Sequence record: NZ_CP035506.1
Length of the DNA: 64,000 nt
Origin: a plasmid
Reading direction: 5' to 3' (one strand)
Shown: positions 38,527 to 49,293 of the stretch, piece after piece
Layout of the letters: every line of letters begins with the position of its first letter
How positions within the stretch are numbered: position 1 is the first letter of the stretch
Notes under the pieces: model-generated
Database searches by the model: none
Told to the model about the DNA's origin: nothing
The model's input: only the letters and a program-made list of their open reading frames with translations
Made by a program: the position numbers and the translations under genes

Positions 38527-39690
38527 TCATCCCCTGAGCGGGATGCGTGCTCCGGCCGGGACAGCGCCACCCTTTTCCGCGACGACCCGGCGGACGATCT
38601 CCAGATAGCTTTTCGCGCGTTCGGTGGGGCTCATGCCTGCAAAACCCTGCGCGCGGATCATCTCCCGCTCCTCATCCGACGGGGGGGTGGCCAGTCCTTC
38701 GGCGATACAGGCGGCCGCTGCCTCGGGTGCATGGGGGTCGAAATAGCGCGCGAAGGGTCCGCAGATGTCCCTTACGAAGGGCCGGTCGGAAGCGAACACC
38801 CGCAGCCCCATCGCCATCGCCTCCAGCGGCATGACGGAGAAGCATTCAAGCAGGCTCGGGAAGATCGCGGCGTCCAGCCCCGCGTAGAAGGAGGGGCACT
38901 GGGCGAGGTCGAGCGGCCCGACATTGGTGACCGCGCTTCGGAACTCCGGGCTGCGTGCCTGCCATTCTGCTTCCGTCAAGGTGACGAGGAACTCCACCGC
39001 AATCCCATGCCGTTCACGGAGCGCGCGCGCCACCTCCGGCAGGATGGACAGGTTCTTGTGCGGGTAATCCCGGCCAAGAAAGCCGATGCGCAGCCCCTTC
39101 CGCTCCGGCAGCGCCACCGGCCGCCACAGCTCCGGCTGACGGAAGATGTCGCTCACGCAGTTCGAGACCACGCTCACCTGTCCTTCGCGGAACAGCCCGC
39201 GGGCGACGAGCCGCTCCTTCACATGCCCGGCCTCCACGATGGCATGGTCGGCATTCCGCCGCAGGATCGCCGCCTGCAGGCCGTATTTCAGCCGCGATTT
39301 CGCTTTGGCGAGCGGGGAAAGGCCTTTGTAGATGTCATTGTCGGGATAGATGATCCACGGCTGGGCAAAGCCCATCACGCTCACTTTCGGGCGGCGGCGG
39401 GCATAGAGCGGGCCGAATATGGTAAAGACCGCATCAGCCCGCGCGATCTCCTCATCCAGCACGGGGTCGAAGGGCGAGAGACCGGGAACAGAGCGCACCC
39501 GGTAGCGCGCAAAGGCGCCCGTGTCGCAGCCGATCTGGGCAAGGTTGCGGTCCACCCCCTCGCAGGCGAGCACGCTGATCTCCATTCCCTCCGGGCCGAG
39601 GCGCGCGATTTCGTCGATGGCGGAGATGCCGACCTGCACCACCCCGCCGACACGGAGGTTGGAGGCATTGATCAGAAGGCGAAAGGTCAT
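38527..39690 (-). CDS. GT-B glycosyltransferase (GT4 family).
   Basis: 387 aa, opening MTFRLLINASNLRVGGVVQVG..., with a C-terminal E-x7-E-like region (PLEAMAMGLRVFAS). Confidence 0.65.
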   Translation of the reverse strand: MTFRLLINASNLRVGGVVQVGISAIDEIARLGPEGMEISVLACEGVDRNLAQIGCDTGAFARYRVRSVPGLSPFDPVLDEEIARADAVFTIFGPLYARRRPKVSVMGFAQPWIIYPDNDIYKGLSPLAKAKSRLKYGLQAAILRRNADHAIVEAGHVKERLVARGLFREGQVSVVSNCVSDIFRQPELWRPVALPERKGLRIGFLGRDYPHKNLSILPEVARALRERHGIAVEFLVTLTEAEWQARSPEFRSAVTNVGPLDLAQCPSFYAGLDAAIFPSLLECFSVMPLEAMAMGLRVFASDRPFVRDICGPFARYFDPHAPEAAAACIAEGLATPPSDEEREMIRAQGFAGMSPTERAKSYLEIVRRVVAEKGGAVPAGARIPLRG

Positions 39691-39708
39691 GGGATATCCG
39701 GGCTGGGA

Positions 39709-40713
39709 TCAGGGGATGTAATAGCCATCGCCCCAGGCATAGATGTTCTCGACGAAGGGGATGGTCTTCAGGCTGAAATAGACCAGAAGCGCCAGCATCA
39801 GCGGATGACTGGCCCGCCGCTCCGTCACGGCAAGGTAGAGCAGGAATGTGACTGCCATGACGTTGATGCGGGAGGCCCCGAAGACCGCCGCCGCCATCGC
39901 GATCGGAATGAGGCCCACCAGGAATGCCTGCTTCCGGCGGAGCACGACCACTCCCACGATGATGAGCAGCCCCATGCTGGCCAGTTCGGCCACCCCGCCC
40001 CCCTGATACGCGGCCATCTTGCCCTGAATGGCGGGCAGGAAGCGCAGCACAAAGAGCAGAAATCCGATGATGGCGACCGGAATCCCCATGAGGATGAGAA
40101 GCAGCTGTAACGGGGTGACGTAGCGGCGCAGGAAATCGGCAGACCCCACACGCAGACCCGCCCCCGCCGCGATCAGCAGGAAGGACTGGAAATGCGCCGT
40201 CATGGATATGAACAGGATCAGCGCCCTTTTCCATCCCGACACCAGCATGGCGAGCGTCAGCAGGATATAGGCGAGCTTCAGGCGTTCGAGCGACGTGAAC
40301 AGCGTGATGAGGTAGAAGTTCGTAAAGATGAGAGCGGTCGGCAGCACACCAGCCCGATAGCGACGCAGGAACAGGAAAAGGACCAGCGCCAGTATTCCGT
40401 TCATCACGGAAATCACGACATCCTTGTCCAGCCCCGCGCTGGAGGTGACCCACATCAGATAGCCATAGAGCGGTTCGGCCGAGCCGGTGGTCATCGCCTG
40501 AACGATCGGCACGGCATCGGCCCGCACACCCCGTACCTCGTCATAGAAGGCGCGGTAGTTGAGCTGGTCTCCCCCTGTATAGGCTCCCAGCAGCGAGAGG
40601 GAGATGCCGAAGGCCACCAGGAAGACGAGCATCCCCGCCAGCAGATCGGCCCCCCTGAGGCCTGCCCGGAAAGGCTGTGCGACCGGACTGGCGTCAATGG
40701 CGCGGCTCGTCAT
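39709..40713 (-). CDS. EpsG-family polytopic membrane protein (putative repeat-unit polymerase, Wzy-like).
   Basis: 334 aa with about 9-10 TM helices. Its composition and length are typical of EpsG/Wzy proteins. Confidence 0.5.
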   Translation of the reverse strand: MTSRAIDASPVAQPFRAGLRGADLLAGMLVFLVAFGISLSLLGAYTGGDQLNYRAFYDEVRGVRADAVPIVQAMTTGSAEPLYGYLMWVTSSAGLDKDVVISVMNGILALVLFLFLRRYRAGVLPTALIFTNFYLITLFTSLERLKLAYILLTLAMLVSGWKRALILFISMTAHFQSFLLIAAGAGLRVGSADFLRRYVTPLQLLLILMGIPVAIIGFLLFVLRFLPAIQGKMAAYQGGGVAELASMGLLIIVGVVVLRRKQAFLVGLIPIAMAAAVFGASRINVMAVTFLLYLAVTERRASHPLMLALLVYFSLKTIPFVENIYAWGDGYYIP

Positions 40714-40947
40714 CGCTTTCCCATGCTTGGCCTCCGGGGCGGGGTGCCGCCGGTGGCGGTACTATATGCAGCCCCGCTGCCGAGGTCGAGCCGACAGGGC
40801 GTCACGACCGGATGAGGACCTGCGCGCCGGAGCGGGCGGTCACGGTGCATCTGCGCCTGACGATTTTGAGGCACCGGAGCGGCGCGCCCCCGAAGCAGGA
40901 GGAAGGAGGCCGATGCGACTGGCCGTGTGCATCCCTGCTTCAGGAAA

Positions 40948-41040
40948 TGCCGGGCTCAAAATACCAGACTCAAAATACCGGGCTCCCACGAATACTGGGC
41001 TCCCACGAAATACCGGCCTCCGCGAAATACCGGGCTCACA
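40948..41040. repeat. Tandem array of about five imperfect 17-19-bp direct repeats (consensus gggctcccacgaaatacc).
   Basis: The run reads tgccgggctcaaaatacc / agactcaaaatacc / gggctcccacgaatact / gggctcccacgaaatacc / ggcctccgcgaaatacc / gggctcac. It lies inside a 900-bp divergent intergenic region. Confidence 0.6.
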
Positions 41041-41089
41041 GGCGGGCCGTGGCCATGCGGGCCTCCGGGATATTCTGTCGGGGGAGACC

Positions 41090-41400
41090 GGGGGGAGAGA
41101 TCCGTGAGGGGAGATCGGGGAGAGAGGCCATCGGTTTCGCCCTCCCGGTCGGGTCGGTATGGGGATCCGGGAGGGAGAGGCAAGGAAGGCCCGTGGTCAG
41201 GCCCCTGCCTGCCCCTGCCCGGGTACCCCCTGCCTGCTGCTTCTCCCTACCCCCCGTTTCGCTTCCTGCCCAGCCTGCCCCCGCCCACTCTCCACCTGCC
41301 CACTCTCCTCCCTCCGGCCTCCTCCCGCCCGGCCTCCTCCTGCACCGCCTCGTCCTCCCCGGTGCAATCGACACCAGGCCACCCGCCATGGCAAAGCCGG
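41090..41400. repeat. Strand-asymmetric purine tract (GGGGAGAGA-like, 41090-41160) followed by a long polypyrimidine (C/T-rich) tract (41200-41400).
   Basis: Visible in the sequence. The track ORF 40677-41561 translates this tract as a Pro-rich pseudo-protein. Confidence 0.4.
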
Positions 41401-41620
41401 TCACCGGTATCGTGAGGGCGCCGCACTCCATCCCCTTCCGTGACATGAGGCCATTGGCGATTGAGGGTCGGGAGCCGGTCGAGGCGAAGCGGCCCCTGCC
41501 GCCTGCTTCCGCGCCAGGCGCAGCAATCCGCCTGCCCGCCCCTTCCCTTCCCTTTCCATGACGGCCCGCCCGTGCTAGGCGGCAGAACCAACCGAAGGCC
41601 CAGGATACCCGAGCCACCGC

Positions 41621-42370
41621 ATGAAGATTTCCGCCGTCATGGCCTGCTACAATTCCGGGGCGACGGTCGCGCGGGCGGTTGAGAGTTTTCTCCTTCAGGA
41701 CCATGCGGAGCGGGAGCTTGTCGTGGTGGACGGTGCGTCGAAGGACGAGACCTGTACCGTGGTGGAGGGGTTCGCCAGCCCGCTCATCAGTCTCGCCTCC
41801 GGGCCGGACCGCGGCATCTACGACGCGATCAACAAGGGTATCGCCCGGGCGGAGGGAGAGGTGATCGGCATCCTGCACTCCAATGACCGTTACGCCCATC
41901 CGCATGTCCTCTCCCGCGTGGCGGAAGCCTTTGCGGGGGGTGATCTCGATGCGGTCTTTGCCGATGTGACCTTTCATCCGCCCGGCCAGCCGGACCGGGT
42001 GATCCGGCGCTATGACAGTTCCCACTTCCGGCCCGAGCGGATCGCGGCGGGGGCGATGCCCGCCCATACCGCGCTGTTCCTTCATCGCCGTGTGTTCGAG
42101 GCACATGGTCTTTACCGGACAGATTACCGCATCGCCGGGGATTTCGAATTCGTGGCCCGCGTGTTCCGGAAGGGCGACATCCGCTGGCGGCATGTCCCGG
42201 AGGTCTGGGTCAGGATGGAGGCGGGCGGCGCCAGCACCTCGGGGCTGAGGAGCAAGATCCTCGGCACGCAGGAAGTGCGCCGCGCCTGCCGGGAGAACGG
42301 CATTGCCACCAGCTATCCGCGCATCCTGTCGAAATATCCCCGCAAGCTTCTGGAACTGGTCCGGCACTGA
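41621..42370 (+). CDS. Glycosyltransferase family 2.
   Basis: MKISAVMACYNSGATVARAVES...VVVDGASKD...DAD-like motifs. Confidence 0.75.
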   Translation: MKISAVMACYNSGATVARAVESFLLQDHAERELVVVDGASKDETCTVVEGFASPLISLASGPDRGIYDAINKGIARAEGEVIGILHSNDRYAHPHVLSRVAEAFAGGDLDAVFADVTFHPPGQPDRVIRRYDSSHFRPERIAAGAMPAHTALFLHRRVFEAHGLYRTDYRIAGDFEFVARVFRKGDIRWRHVPEVWVRMEAGGASTSGLRSKILGTQEVRRACRENGIATSYPRILSKYPRKLLELVRH

Positions 42371-42607
42371 CATGACCTGTCTCCCGGACAATTGCCCTTG
42401 CGGCATTCGCCATTCCCGTAGAGCCGGCCTGCCCGGCCGCGCTTCTGCAGCCCGCCCTGCCCGCCCGCAGGAGGCGCGGCTCTTCGTCCGTCGGCGTCCC
42501 GCGGGTATTTCCGCTCTTGTCCGCGCCCGGCGGATTTTCACGATAACCGCCTGCAGTCCGCGGGCGCCTTCCAGCCATCCCCGCCCGCTTTCAGCCAGGA
42601 GACCCCG

Positions 42608-43726
42608 ATGAAAAAGGCCCTTATCACAGGTATCACCGGCCAGGACGGCTCCTATCTGGCGGAATTCCTGCTCGCCAAGGGCTATGAAGTCCATGGGATC
42701 AAGCGCCGCGCCTCGCTGTTCAACACCCAGCGGATCGACCACATCTATGAGGACCCGCACAACCCGGACCCGCGGCTGAAGCTGCATTACGGCGACCTCA
42801 CCGACACGTCGAACCTGACGCGCATCCTGCGCGAGGTGGAGCCTGACGAGGTCTACAACCTCGGCGCGCAATCCCATGTCGCGGTGAGCTTCGAGGCGCC
42901 GGAATACACCGCCGATGTGGATGCGATCGGCACGCTGCGGCTTCTGGAGGCGATCCGCTTCCTCGGGCTGGAGCAGAAGACCCGCTTCTACCAGGCCTCC
43001 ACCTCCGAACTCTACGGGCTGGTGCAGGAGATCCCGCAGAAGGAGACGACCCCCTTCCATCCGCGCAGCCCTTACGCGGTGGCCAAGATGTATGCCTACT
43101 GGATCGCGGTGAACTACCGCGAGGCCTATGGGATTTATGCCTGCAACGGCATCCTCTTCAATCATGAGAGCCCCCGCCGCGGCGAGACCTTCGTGACGCG
43201 CAAGATCACCCGGGGCCTGGCCAACATCGCGCAGGGGCTGGAGCAGTGCCTCTACATGGGCAATATCGACAGCCTGCGCGACTGGGGCCATGCCAAGGAC
43301 TATGTCCGCATGCAGTGGATGATGCTCCAGCAGGAGGCGGCGGAGGATTTCGTCATCGCCACCGGCAAGCAGTATTCGGTGCGCGAATTCATCCGCTGGT
43401 CGGCGGCAGAGCTGGGGCTGACGCTGGAGTTCACCGGGACCGGCGTGGAGGAGGTGGCGACCGTCACCGCCATCACGGGGGACAAGGCGCCCGACGTGAA
43501 GGCGGGCCAGGTCATCATGCGCATCGACCCGCGCTATTTCCGCCCGGCCGAGGTGGAGACGCTGCTCGGCGATCCGACCAAGGCCAAGGAGAAGCTCGGC
43601 TGGGTGCCGGAGATCACCGCGCAGGAGATGTGCGCCGAGATGGTGGCCGAGGATCTGCAATCCGCCCGCCGTCACCGGCTGCTGCGGGAGCATGGCTTCC
43701 ACGCGCCGGTCTCGGTCGAAGCGTAA
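42608..43726 (+). CDS. gmd: GDP-mannose 4,6-dehydratase.
   Basis: The highly conserved N-terminus [34 protein letters not shown]..., and the overall sequence is diagnostic of Gmd. Confidence 0.95.
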   Translation: MKKALITGITGQDGSYLAEFLLAKGYEVHGIKRRASLFNTQRIDHIYEDPHNPDPRLKLHYGDLTDTSNLTRILREVEPDEVYNLGAQSHVAVSFEAPEYTADVDAIGTLRLLEAIRFLGLEQKTRFYQASTSELYGLVQEIPQKETTPFHPRSPYAVAKMYAYWIAVNYREAYGIYACNGILFNHESPRRGETFVTRKITRGLANIAQGLEQCLYMGNIDSLRDWGHAKDYVRMQWMMLQQEAAEDFVIATGKQYSVREFIRWSAAELGLTLEFTGTGVEEVATVTAITGDKAPDVKAGQVIMRIDPRYFRPAEVETLLGDPTKAKEKLGWVPEITAQEMCAEMVAEDLQSARRHRLLREHGFHAPVSVEA

Positions 43727-43737
43727 GGGGCGGGACA

Positions 43738-44693
43738 TGAAATACTACGTCGCCGGACATCGCGGCATGGTGGGGGGGGCGATCCTGCGCCGCCTGCAGG
43801 CCCGGGGGGCGGATGTCGTCACCCGCACCCATGCCGAACTCGACCTGACCGACCAGGCCGCAGTGCGGGCCTTCATGGCGGAGGAAAAGCCCGATGCCGT
43901 GATCCTCGCCGCGGCCAAGGTGGGCGGCATCCATGCCAACAACACCTACCCGGCCGAGTTCATCTATGAAAACCTGATGATGGAGGCGAATGTCATCCAT
44001 CAGGCCCACAAGGCGGGCGTGCAGCATCTGCTGTTCCTGGGCTCCTCCTGCATCTATCCCCGCGCCGTCGCTCAGCCGATGGCGGAGGATGCGCTGCTGA
44101 CCGGGGTGCTGGAGCCCACGAACGAACCCTATGCGGTTGCCAAGATCGCGGGGATCAAGCTCTGCGAGAGCTACAACCGGCAATACGGCACCGACTACCG
44201 CTCGGTGATGCCCACGAACCTCTATGGTCCGGGCGACAACTTCCACCCCGAGAACAGCCATGTCATGCCCGCCCTCATCCGCCGCTTCCATGAGGCCGCG
44301 CGCGAGGGCCGCGACGAGGTGGTGATCTGGGGCACCGGCACGCCCATGCGCGAATTCCTGCATGTGGATGACATGGCGGAGGCCTCGCTCTTTGTCCTGG
44401 GCCTGCCCCGCGCGGTCTATGAGGCGAATACCGAGCCGATGCTGTCCCATATCAACGTAGGGACAGGTCAGGACGTGACCATCGCGGAGCTGGCCGCGAT
44501 GATCGCGAAGGTCACCGGCTTCGAGGGCCGTATTTCCTTCGACACGACGAAACCCGACGGGACGGCGCGGAAGCTCATGGATGTCTCCCGCCTCGCCGCG
44601 ATGGGCTGGCAGGCCCAGACCGGGCTGGAGGATGGCCTGCGCGATACCTACGGCTGGTTCAAGGACCATACCGCCGCGCTGCGGGAGGCCTGA
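43738..44693 (+). CDS. fcl: GDP-L-fucose synthase (GDP-4-keto-6-deoxymannose 3,5-epimerase/4-reductase).
   Basis: [20 protein letters not shown]..., 318 aa, immediately downstream of gmd. The track ORF starts 46 nt earlier, at 43692. Confidence 0.9.
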
Positions 44694-44699
44694 TCCCCG

Positions 44700-45908
44700 A
44701 TGAGCCATCCCGTATCTCCGCCCGAGGCCGCACTCCCGGATACCCGCAACCCCGCAGGGGAAGCTCCGCGGGGTGTGGAGCCGGGTGTAAAGCCGGCCGG
44801 TTCCCTGCCGCGGCTCGTCTTCCTGTGGGAGAATTTCGGCCCCATGCATGCCGACCGCTGCGACGCCGTGGCGGCGGAGGTCCGCGGAGAGGCGGAGGTG
44901 GTGGGCCTCGAACTCTATGGGCAGAGCGACACCTATGACTGGGTGCCGGAGACGGGCGAGGGGTTCCGCAAGGTGACGCTCCATCCCGCGTCCCGCCCGA
45001 CGGGGCTGGCGCTCCTGCGCTCTCTCGCGGCTTTCCGGCGGCGGGAGGGGCGGGCCATCTGGTTCATGTGCCACTACAGCTGGATGCCGGTCTTTGCCTT
45101 TGCCTGCCTTCTGCGGCTGCGGGGCGACCGGGTCTATACCATGGGCTGCTCGAAGTTTGACGACATGCCGCGCAGGCCCTTCCGCGAATGGGTGAAATCG
45201 TGGTTCTTGAAACCCTATCAGGGGGCGATCGGATCGGGTTTCAGGACGCGGGACTATTTCCGGTTTCTCGGAATCCCGGAGAAGCGGATCACGGGGGTAT
45301 ATAATACCGTCTCTCTGGACCGCATCCGCCGGATGTCGGAGGGCCAGCCAGCCCCGGAAGGTATCCCGTTCGGGGAACGGCATTTCACCATCGTGGCCCG
45401 GCTCGTGCCGAAGAAGAACCTCTTCGTGGCGCTGGAGGCCTATGCGCTCTATGCCGCTGCCGATCCCGCGCCGCGCCCGCTCCATCTCTGCGGCTCCGGC
45501 CCGCTGGAGGCAGAACTGCGCGCCCGGGCCGAGGCGCTCGGCATTGCGGAGCGCGTGGTATTCCACGGCTTCTTGCAGACCGATGCCATCGCGCGATTGC
45601 TCACCTCCACCCTGGCCCTCGTGCTGACAAGTACCGAGGAGCAGTTCGGAAACGTGGTGATCGAGGCGCAGGCGATGGGTGTGCCCTCCATCCTCTCCGA
45701 TATCTGCGGCGCGCGGGACAGCCTGGTGCGCACCGGCGTGAACGGCTTCGTGGTCGAGCCGGACAATCCGGAGGGCTTCGCCTTCTTCATGCGTCTCCTG
45801 GCCACGGACCGCGATCTGTGGGAACGCCAGTGTCGCGGCGCCGCCGACTACGCCCCCCGCGGCGACGTGCCCGCCTTCGCCGCCGGCGTGCGGGAACTGA
45901 TGAAGTGA
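44700..45908 (+). CDS. GT-B glycosyltransferase (GT4 family).
   Basis: The C-terminus carries EQFGNVVIEAQAMGVP (an E-x7-E motif). Confidence 0.75.
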   Translation: MSHPVSPPEAALPDTRNPAGEAPRGVEPGVKPAGSLPRLVFLWENFGPMHADRCDAVAAEVRGEAEVVGLELYGQSDTYDWVPETGEGFRKVTLHPASRPTGLALLRSLAAFRRREGRAIWFMCHYSWMPVFAFACLLRLRGDRVYTMGCSKFDDMPRRPFREWVKSWFLKPYQGAIGSGFRTRDYFRFLGIPEKRITGVYNTVSLDRIRRMSEGQPAPEGIPFGERHFTIVARLVPKKNLFVALEAYALYAAADPAPRPLHLCGSGPLEAELRARAEALGIAERVVFHGFLQTDAIARLLTSTLALVLTSTEEQFGNVVIEAQAMGVPSILSDICGARDSLVRTGVNGFVVEPDNPEGFAFFMRLLATDRDLWERQCRGAADYAPRGDVPAFAAGVRELMK

Positions 45909-45954
45909 GCTGACGGCTTCGCCCCGCGGGGGAGCCGGGCAGACGCCGTGAAGA

Positions 45955-46785
45955 TCATCCCAGAAGCGCGCGTTTCACCCGGGCGGCAAGGCCGAGCGTC
46001 ATGACGGCCGGCCAGAGCGCGGACCCGGTGTTTCGCCGGTAGAAGGCCGCATGTTGCCGCCAGCTGTCCGGCCCCCCGAAATGTTTCTTCCAGCGTTTCG
46101 AAAGGGTCGAAAGATCCGCCGGGGGATTGCGGCTCGCATATCCGACCGGATTGCCGATCACGATACGGCGCACTCCGTTCCGGCCAAGCCCGTAACCCAG
46201 GTCGATATCGCCATAGGTGTGGTTGTAGCTTGGGCTGAGCCCCCCGAGCGCCTCGAACGCGACCCCGGGCACCATGACGAAGTTGCCGTTGAACGTGTCG
46301 CAGGCGATGTCCTGGCCCTTGGGAAAGACCGGCGCGACAGTCAGGGGGAAATGCCGCGATTTCCGGGCGTAGCCGCTGTATGTCGGCTCCCGGCTGTCGG
46401 GGTCGAGGAAGGAGCCGACACAGGCCGTCGGAGCTTCGCGATTGTAAGCGTCATACCGGGAAATGAAATCGACCACCGCCTCCCGGATCAGTACGGAATC
46501 GTCATTGTAGAGCAGATAGGCATCCCACGGCCCCTCTTCCCGGGCGGCGGCCTGGGCGCGGCGCATCCCCTGGTTCCAGAAGAGGTTTCCCGTTCCCTCT
46601 ATGACCCGCACATCCGGAAAGCGGGTGCGAACCGCTTCCGCCGTTCCGTCGGGAGAGGCATCGTCGAGCAGGTATATCTTCCACTCCAGCCCCGGTGCGG
46701 AGGCGAGCGCGTTCCGCAGGCTTTCAAGGCCCTGGAGCGTGACGGCAACACGATTGAAGCTGGCGCACAGGATGGCAAGTCTCAT
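45955..46785 (-). CDS. Glycosyltransferase family 2.
   Basis: MRLAILCASFNR...YLLDDASPDGT..., a GT2 N-terminal fold. Confidence 0.65.
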   Translation of the reverse strand: MRLAILCASFNRVAVTLQGLESLRNALASAPGLEWKIYLLDDASPDGTAEAVRTRFPDVRVIEGTGNLFWNQGMRRAQAAAREEGPWDAYLLYNDDSVLIREAVVDFISRYDAYNREAPTACVGSFLDPDSREPTYSGYARKSRHFPLTVAPVFPKGQDIACDTFNGNFVMVPGVAFEALGGLSPSYNHTYGDIDLGYGLGRNGVRRIVIGNPVGYASRNPPADLSTLSKRWKKHFGGPDSWRQHAAFYRRNTGSALWPAVMTLGLAARVKRALLG

Positions 46786-46839
46786 GAGGGATTACCTACA
46801 GGCCGGAGATCGAAACGGAAAGGGAGCAGAGGCGGAGGA

Positions 46840-48126
46840 TCACGTTGGTGCCTGCTGGTGCAGGAAGCGCTCGTTCATCCGTCTGAGGATGATACTGCCC
46901 AGGCCCGTTCCTGCGGAAATGGCCGCCACCGTGCCGTAGGGCCCGAAGATTTGCCCGATCACGAACCCCAGCGCGAAAGTCAGGGCAAGGGTGGCAAGGG
47001 CCGTCCAGATATTGTGGCGGAGATTTCCCGTCACGAAGCCTATCGATGCACCCGGCGCATTGAGGAGGGCTGTGAGAATCCCCAGGGTCAGGATCACCGT
47101 GAACGCCCAGTAGCGCAGATCCACGTGCCCGAGCCAGAGCCAGGAGGCAACCGGTGCACCGAGGCAGATCGCCACGCCGACCGCGACTGTCACCTGCGCG
47201 GTGCGGCGCAGGATACGGCGATAGAGGGCACGGCTTGCTTCCGGATCGGTCTTGGTCTGATAGCTGAACGCGGGCATGGAGGCCTGAATGCTGGCCATCA
47301 CGACGGAGCGGGGCAGCATGACCGTCTTGTAGGCCAGTTCGTAGATCCCCTGAAGCGCGGCATCGCCGAACAGGCTGACGAGCAGTTTCGTGGCAGGCTC
47401 GAAGAAGTTGGACAGCGTGCTCGCCACCTGAGCGCGCAGGCTGTAGCCGAGCATCTCGCGGAACCGCTCGCGGTTGAAGTGATACGGCACCCACCCGGCG
47501 GAAGGCACCCAGTGATGCAGCAGAAGCCACCCGACAATCGCCAGGGCGAGGTGCATCGCGATCTGGGCCCAGGCCAGTCCCAGCAGGCTGAAGGCCGGAA
47601 TGAGCAGGAGCGCCAACAGAAGCTGCAGGATGTTTCCCGCCACGGAAAGCCGGGCCGCCACATAGCCGGCATGAAGGCCCTGAAGACTGCCCAGAACGAT
47701 CCAGGACAGGTTGCTCAGAAAAGACAGAAGAAACAGCCAGGGAAGCAGCGCTTCCCCCTCCGCCAGATGATCGGCCGAGACAAGATAAGGCAGGGCCCAT
47801 GTCAGGATGAGCCAGCCAAGAAGATTCAGCAGTCCGAAGATGGCGCTGTTGGAAAGTATCCCCGTTTCGATCGTATCCCGGATGACTTCCTGCTCATGAT
47901 CCAGATCATGCCGTGCCACGAACCTCAACGTGGCCGTGGCAAGGCCCAGATCGCCAAGCCGGATCAGCGAGGTCCAGGCAAGCAGGAGAGACCATGTTCC
48001 GACAGCCTCGATCCCGCTGCGCTCGATCAGGATGCGGTAGGTCAGGAAGGTGAGAGCCAGGCTGACGGCGAAGGAGAACGCCTGATGGAGGACATTCTTC
48101 CTCAGGTTGAAGCGGGCTTCCGTCAT
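46840..48126 (-). CDS. Polysaccharide flippase, Wzx/PST (MOP superfamily). This is the second flippase.
   Basis: 428 aa with about 12 TM helices. Confidence 0.6.
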   Translation of the reverse strand: MTEARFNLRKNVLHQAFSFAVSLALTFLTYRILIERSGIEAVGTWSLLLAWTSLIRLGDLGLATATLRFVARHDLDHEQEVIRDTIETGILSNSAIFGLLNLLGWLILTWALPYLVSADHLAEGEALLPWLFLLSFLSNLSWIVLGSLQGLHAGYVAARLSVAGNILQLLLALLLIPAFSLLGLAWAQIAMHLALAIVGWLLLHHWVPSAGWVPYHFNRERFREMLGYSLRAQVASTLSNFFEPATKLLVSLFGDAALQGIYELAYKTVMLPRSVVMASIQASMPAFSYQTKTDPEASRALYRRILRRTAQVTVAVGVAICLGAPVASWLWLGHVDLRYWAFTVILTLGILTALLNAPGASIGFVTGNLRHNIWTALATLALTFALGFVIGQIFGPYGTVAAISAGTGLGSIILRRMNERFLHQQAPT

Positions 48127-48458
48127 GACAGATGCTGGTTCCCGGGGCGCAGATCGGCAGGGATCCCGTCAGGGCGGGACAGGGTCGCGGAGCCGCTCAG
48201 GGGGCCTCTTTCCGTACTGCAGTCCCGCGCATGGGGCGTGTCATGGACTGTCCCCTTGCCGGCAAGCACGGGGGGGATTGCGGAACCGAGGCTGCTTGCA
48301 CCCTCCCGGTCGGAGAAAAGGGGTCGCGGTTGGGGATGATGCAGGTCCATAAGCTCTCCGGTCGGGAGATGGGCGGCTCGGAGGGCCACCGTCTCGCGCA
48401 CCGGGACGGGAATAAAATCTGGCGGAGGGATAGGCAATGCCCGCCTGTGCTCTCAAGG

Positions 48459-49238
48459 CTAGAGCGGCAGGATTCCCGCGCGAAAGGCAAGATTGCGCAA
48501 GTCATTCCTCATCCGCCTGCCGACCCCCTGGGGCGGCAGGCCCTGCCCTGAGGAACCCGACACGCCTTGCAGGCGCGGGGCGGGGCACATCACATAGCTG
48601 CGGGGAGGAAGGCCCTCCAACCCGTCGCGATAGCTGTGCTCAAGGTAATATCCCGCCGGATCGTCGACATCGCGGTAGCGATCGCGAAGATGGCGGTCGA
48701 AGAAATCGCGCGCGACAAGATAGAAGCGCGTATCGATGCTGTCGATCCGGGTGCGGCCCCAGAGATTGAAGCCAGCCTGCCCATTCCACCCCCGAAGACA
48801 GGCGGAAAAGTTACTGAGCCACAGCTTCCCCGTGCATTTGGCGAAAGCGGGGCTGTTTTGCAGGATCCTGCTGTGGCCGAGGGCATGAAGGACGATCTCG
48901 CCCTCGCCATAGCCCTTCCCTCGCCGGGCAACCATTTCCTGATCGTTGCGAAAGGAAAGGGCTTCATACCGCATATGGGGATGGGCCTGGCGCAGGGGAG
49001 CGAGATGCGGCTCCAGATCGTAACCCGAACCGTCGCAGATCACGATTTCCTCTACACCCGGCGTCCTGCTCCATTCCGCCAGACTGTCGAGATGAGCATC
49101 AAGGCGCTGTTTCGCATCGGTCAGGTTGGTCAGGGGCGCAGAGACATGGATGGCCGATGTCAGCAGGAGGGGAGGAGAAGGCGTCACAGGGTCGGCTCCG
49201 GTTGCGCTGCCGGGCAGAACCTGCCCCGGACCCTCCAT
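48459..49238 (-). CDS. Hypothetical protein in the EPS cluster.
   Basis: The track ORF runs to 49415 but would overlap the upstream gene. The start is placed at the ATG at 49238 (MEGPGQ...). No family was recognised. Confidence 0.35.
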   Translation of the reverse strand: MEGPGQVLPGSATGADPVTPSPPLLLTSAIHVSAPLTNLTDAKQRLDAHLDSLAEWSRTPGVEEIVICDGSGYDLEPHLAPLRQAHPHMRYEALSFRNDQEMVARRGKGYGEGEIVLHALGHSRILQNSPAFAKCTGKLWLSNFSACLRGWNGQAGFNLWGRTRIDSIDTRFYLVARDFFDRHLRDRYRDVDDPAGYYLEHSYRDGLEGLPPRSYVMCPAPRLQGVSGSSGQGLPPQGVGRRMRNDLRNLAFRAGILPL

Positions 49239-49293
49239 AATGCCGCTCTCGCCGCCTTCGCAACCGCTTCGCTTCGGGCGCAACCGCTTCGCT

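Noticed and set aside
40948-41040. Possible CRISPR array.
   Set aside because: The repeats are only 17-19 bp long, directly abutting with no spacers, and no cas genes are present. It is a simple tandem repeat.
40677-41561. 294-aa Pro-rich ORF in the long intergenic region.
   Set aside because: It is simply the translation of a polypyrimidine (CCN/CTN) tract. It has no start context and no protein-like composition.
41036-43738. 900-aa ORF on the minus strand.
   Set aside because: It is antisense to the highly conserved gmd and GT2 genes. Its translation is R/G/P-rich low complexity, typical of spurious open frames in high-GC DNA.
46051-48339. 762-aa plus-strand ORF.
   Set aside because: It is antisense to the GT2 and flippase genes. 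Its translation is charged low complexity.
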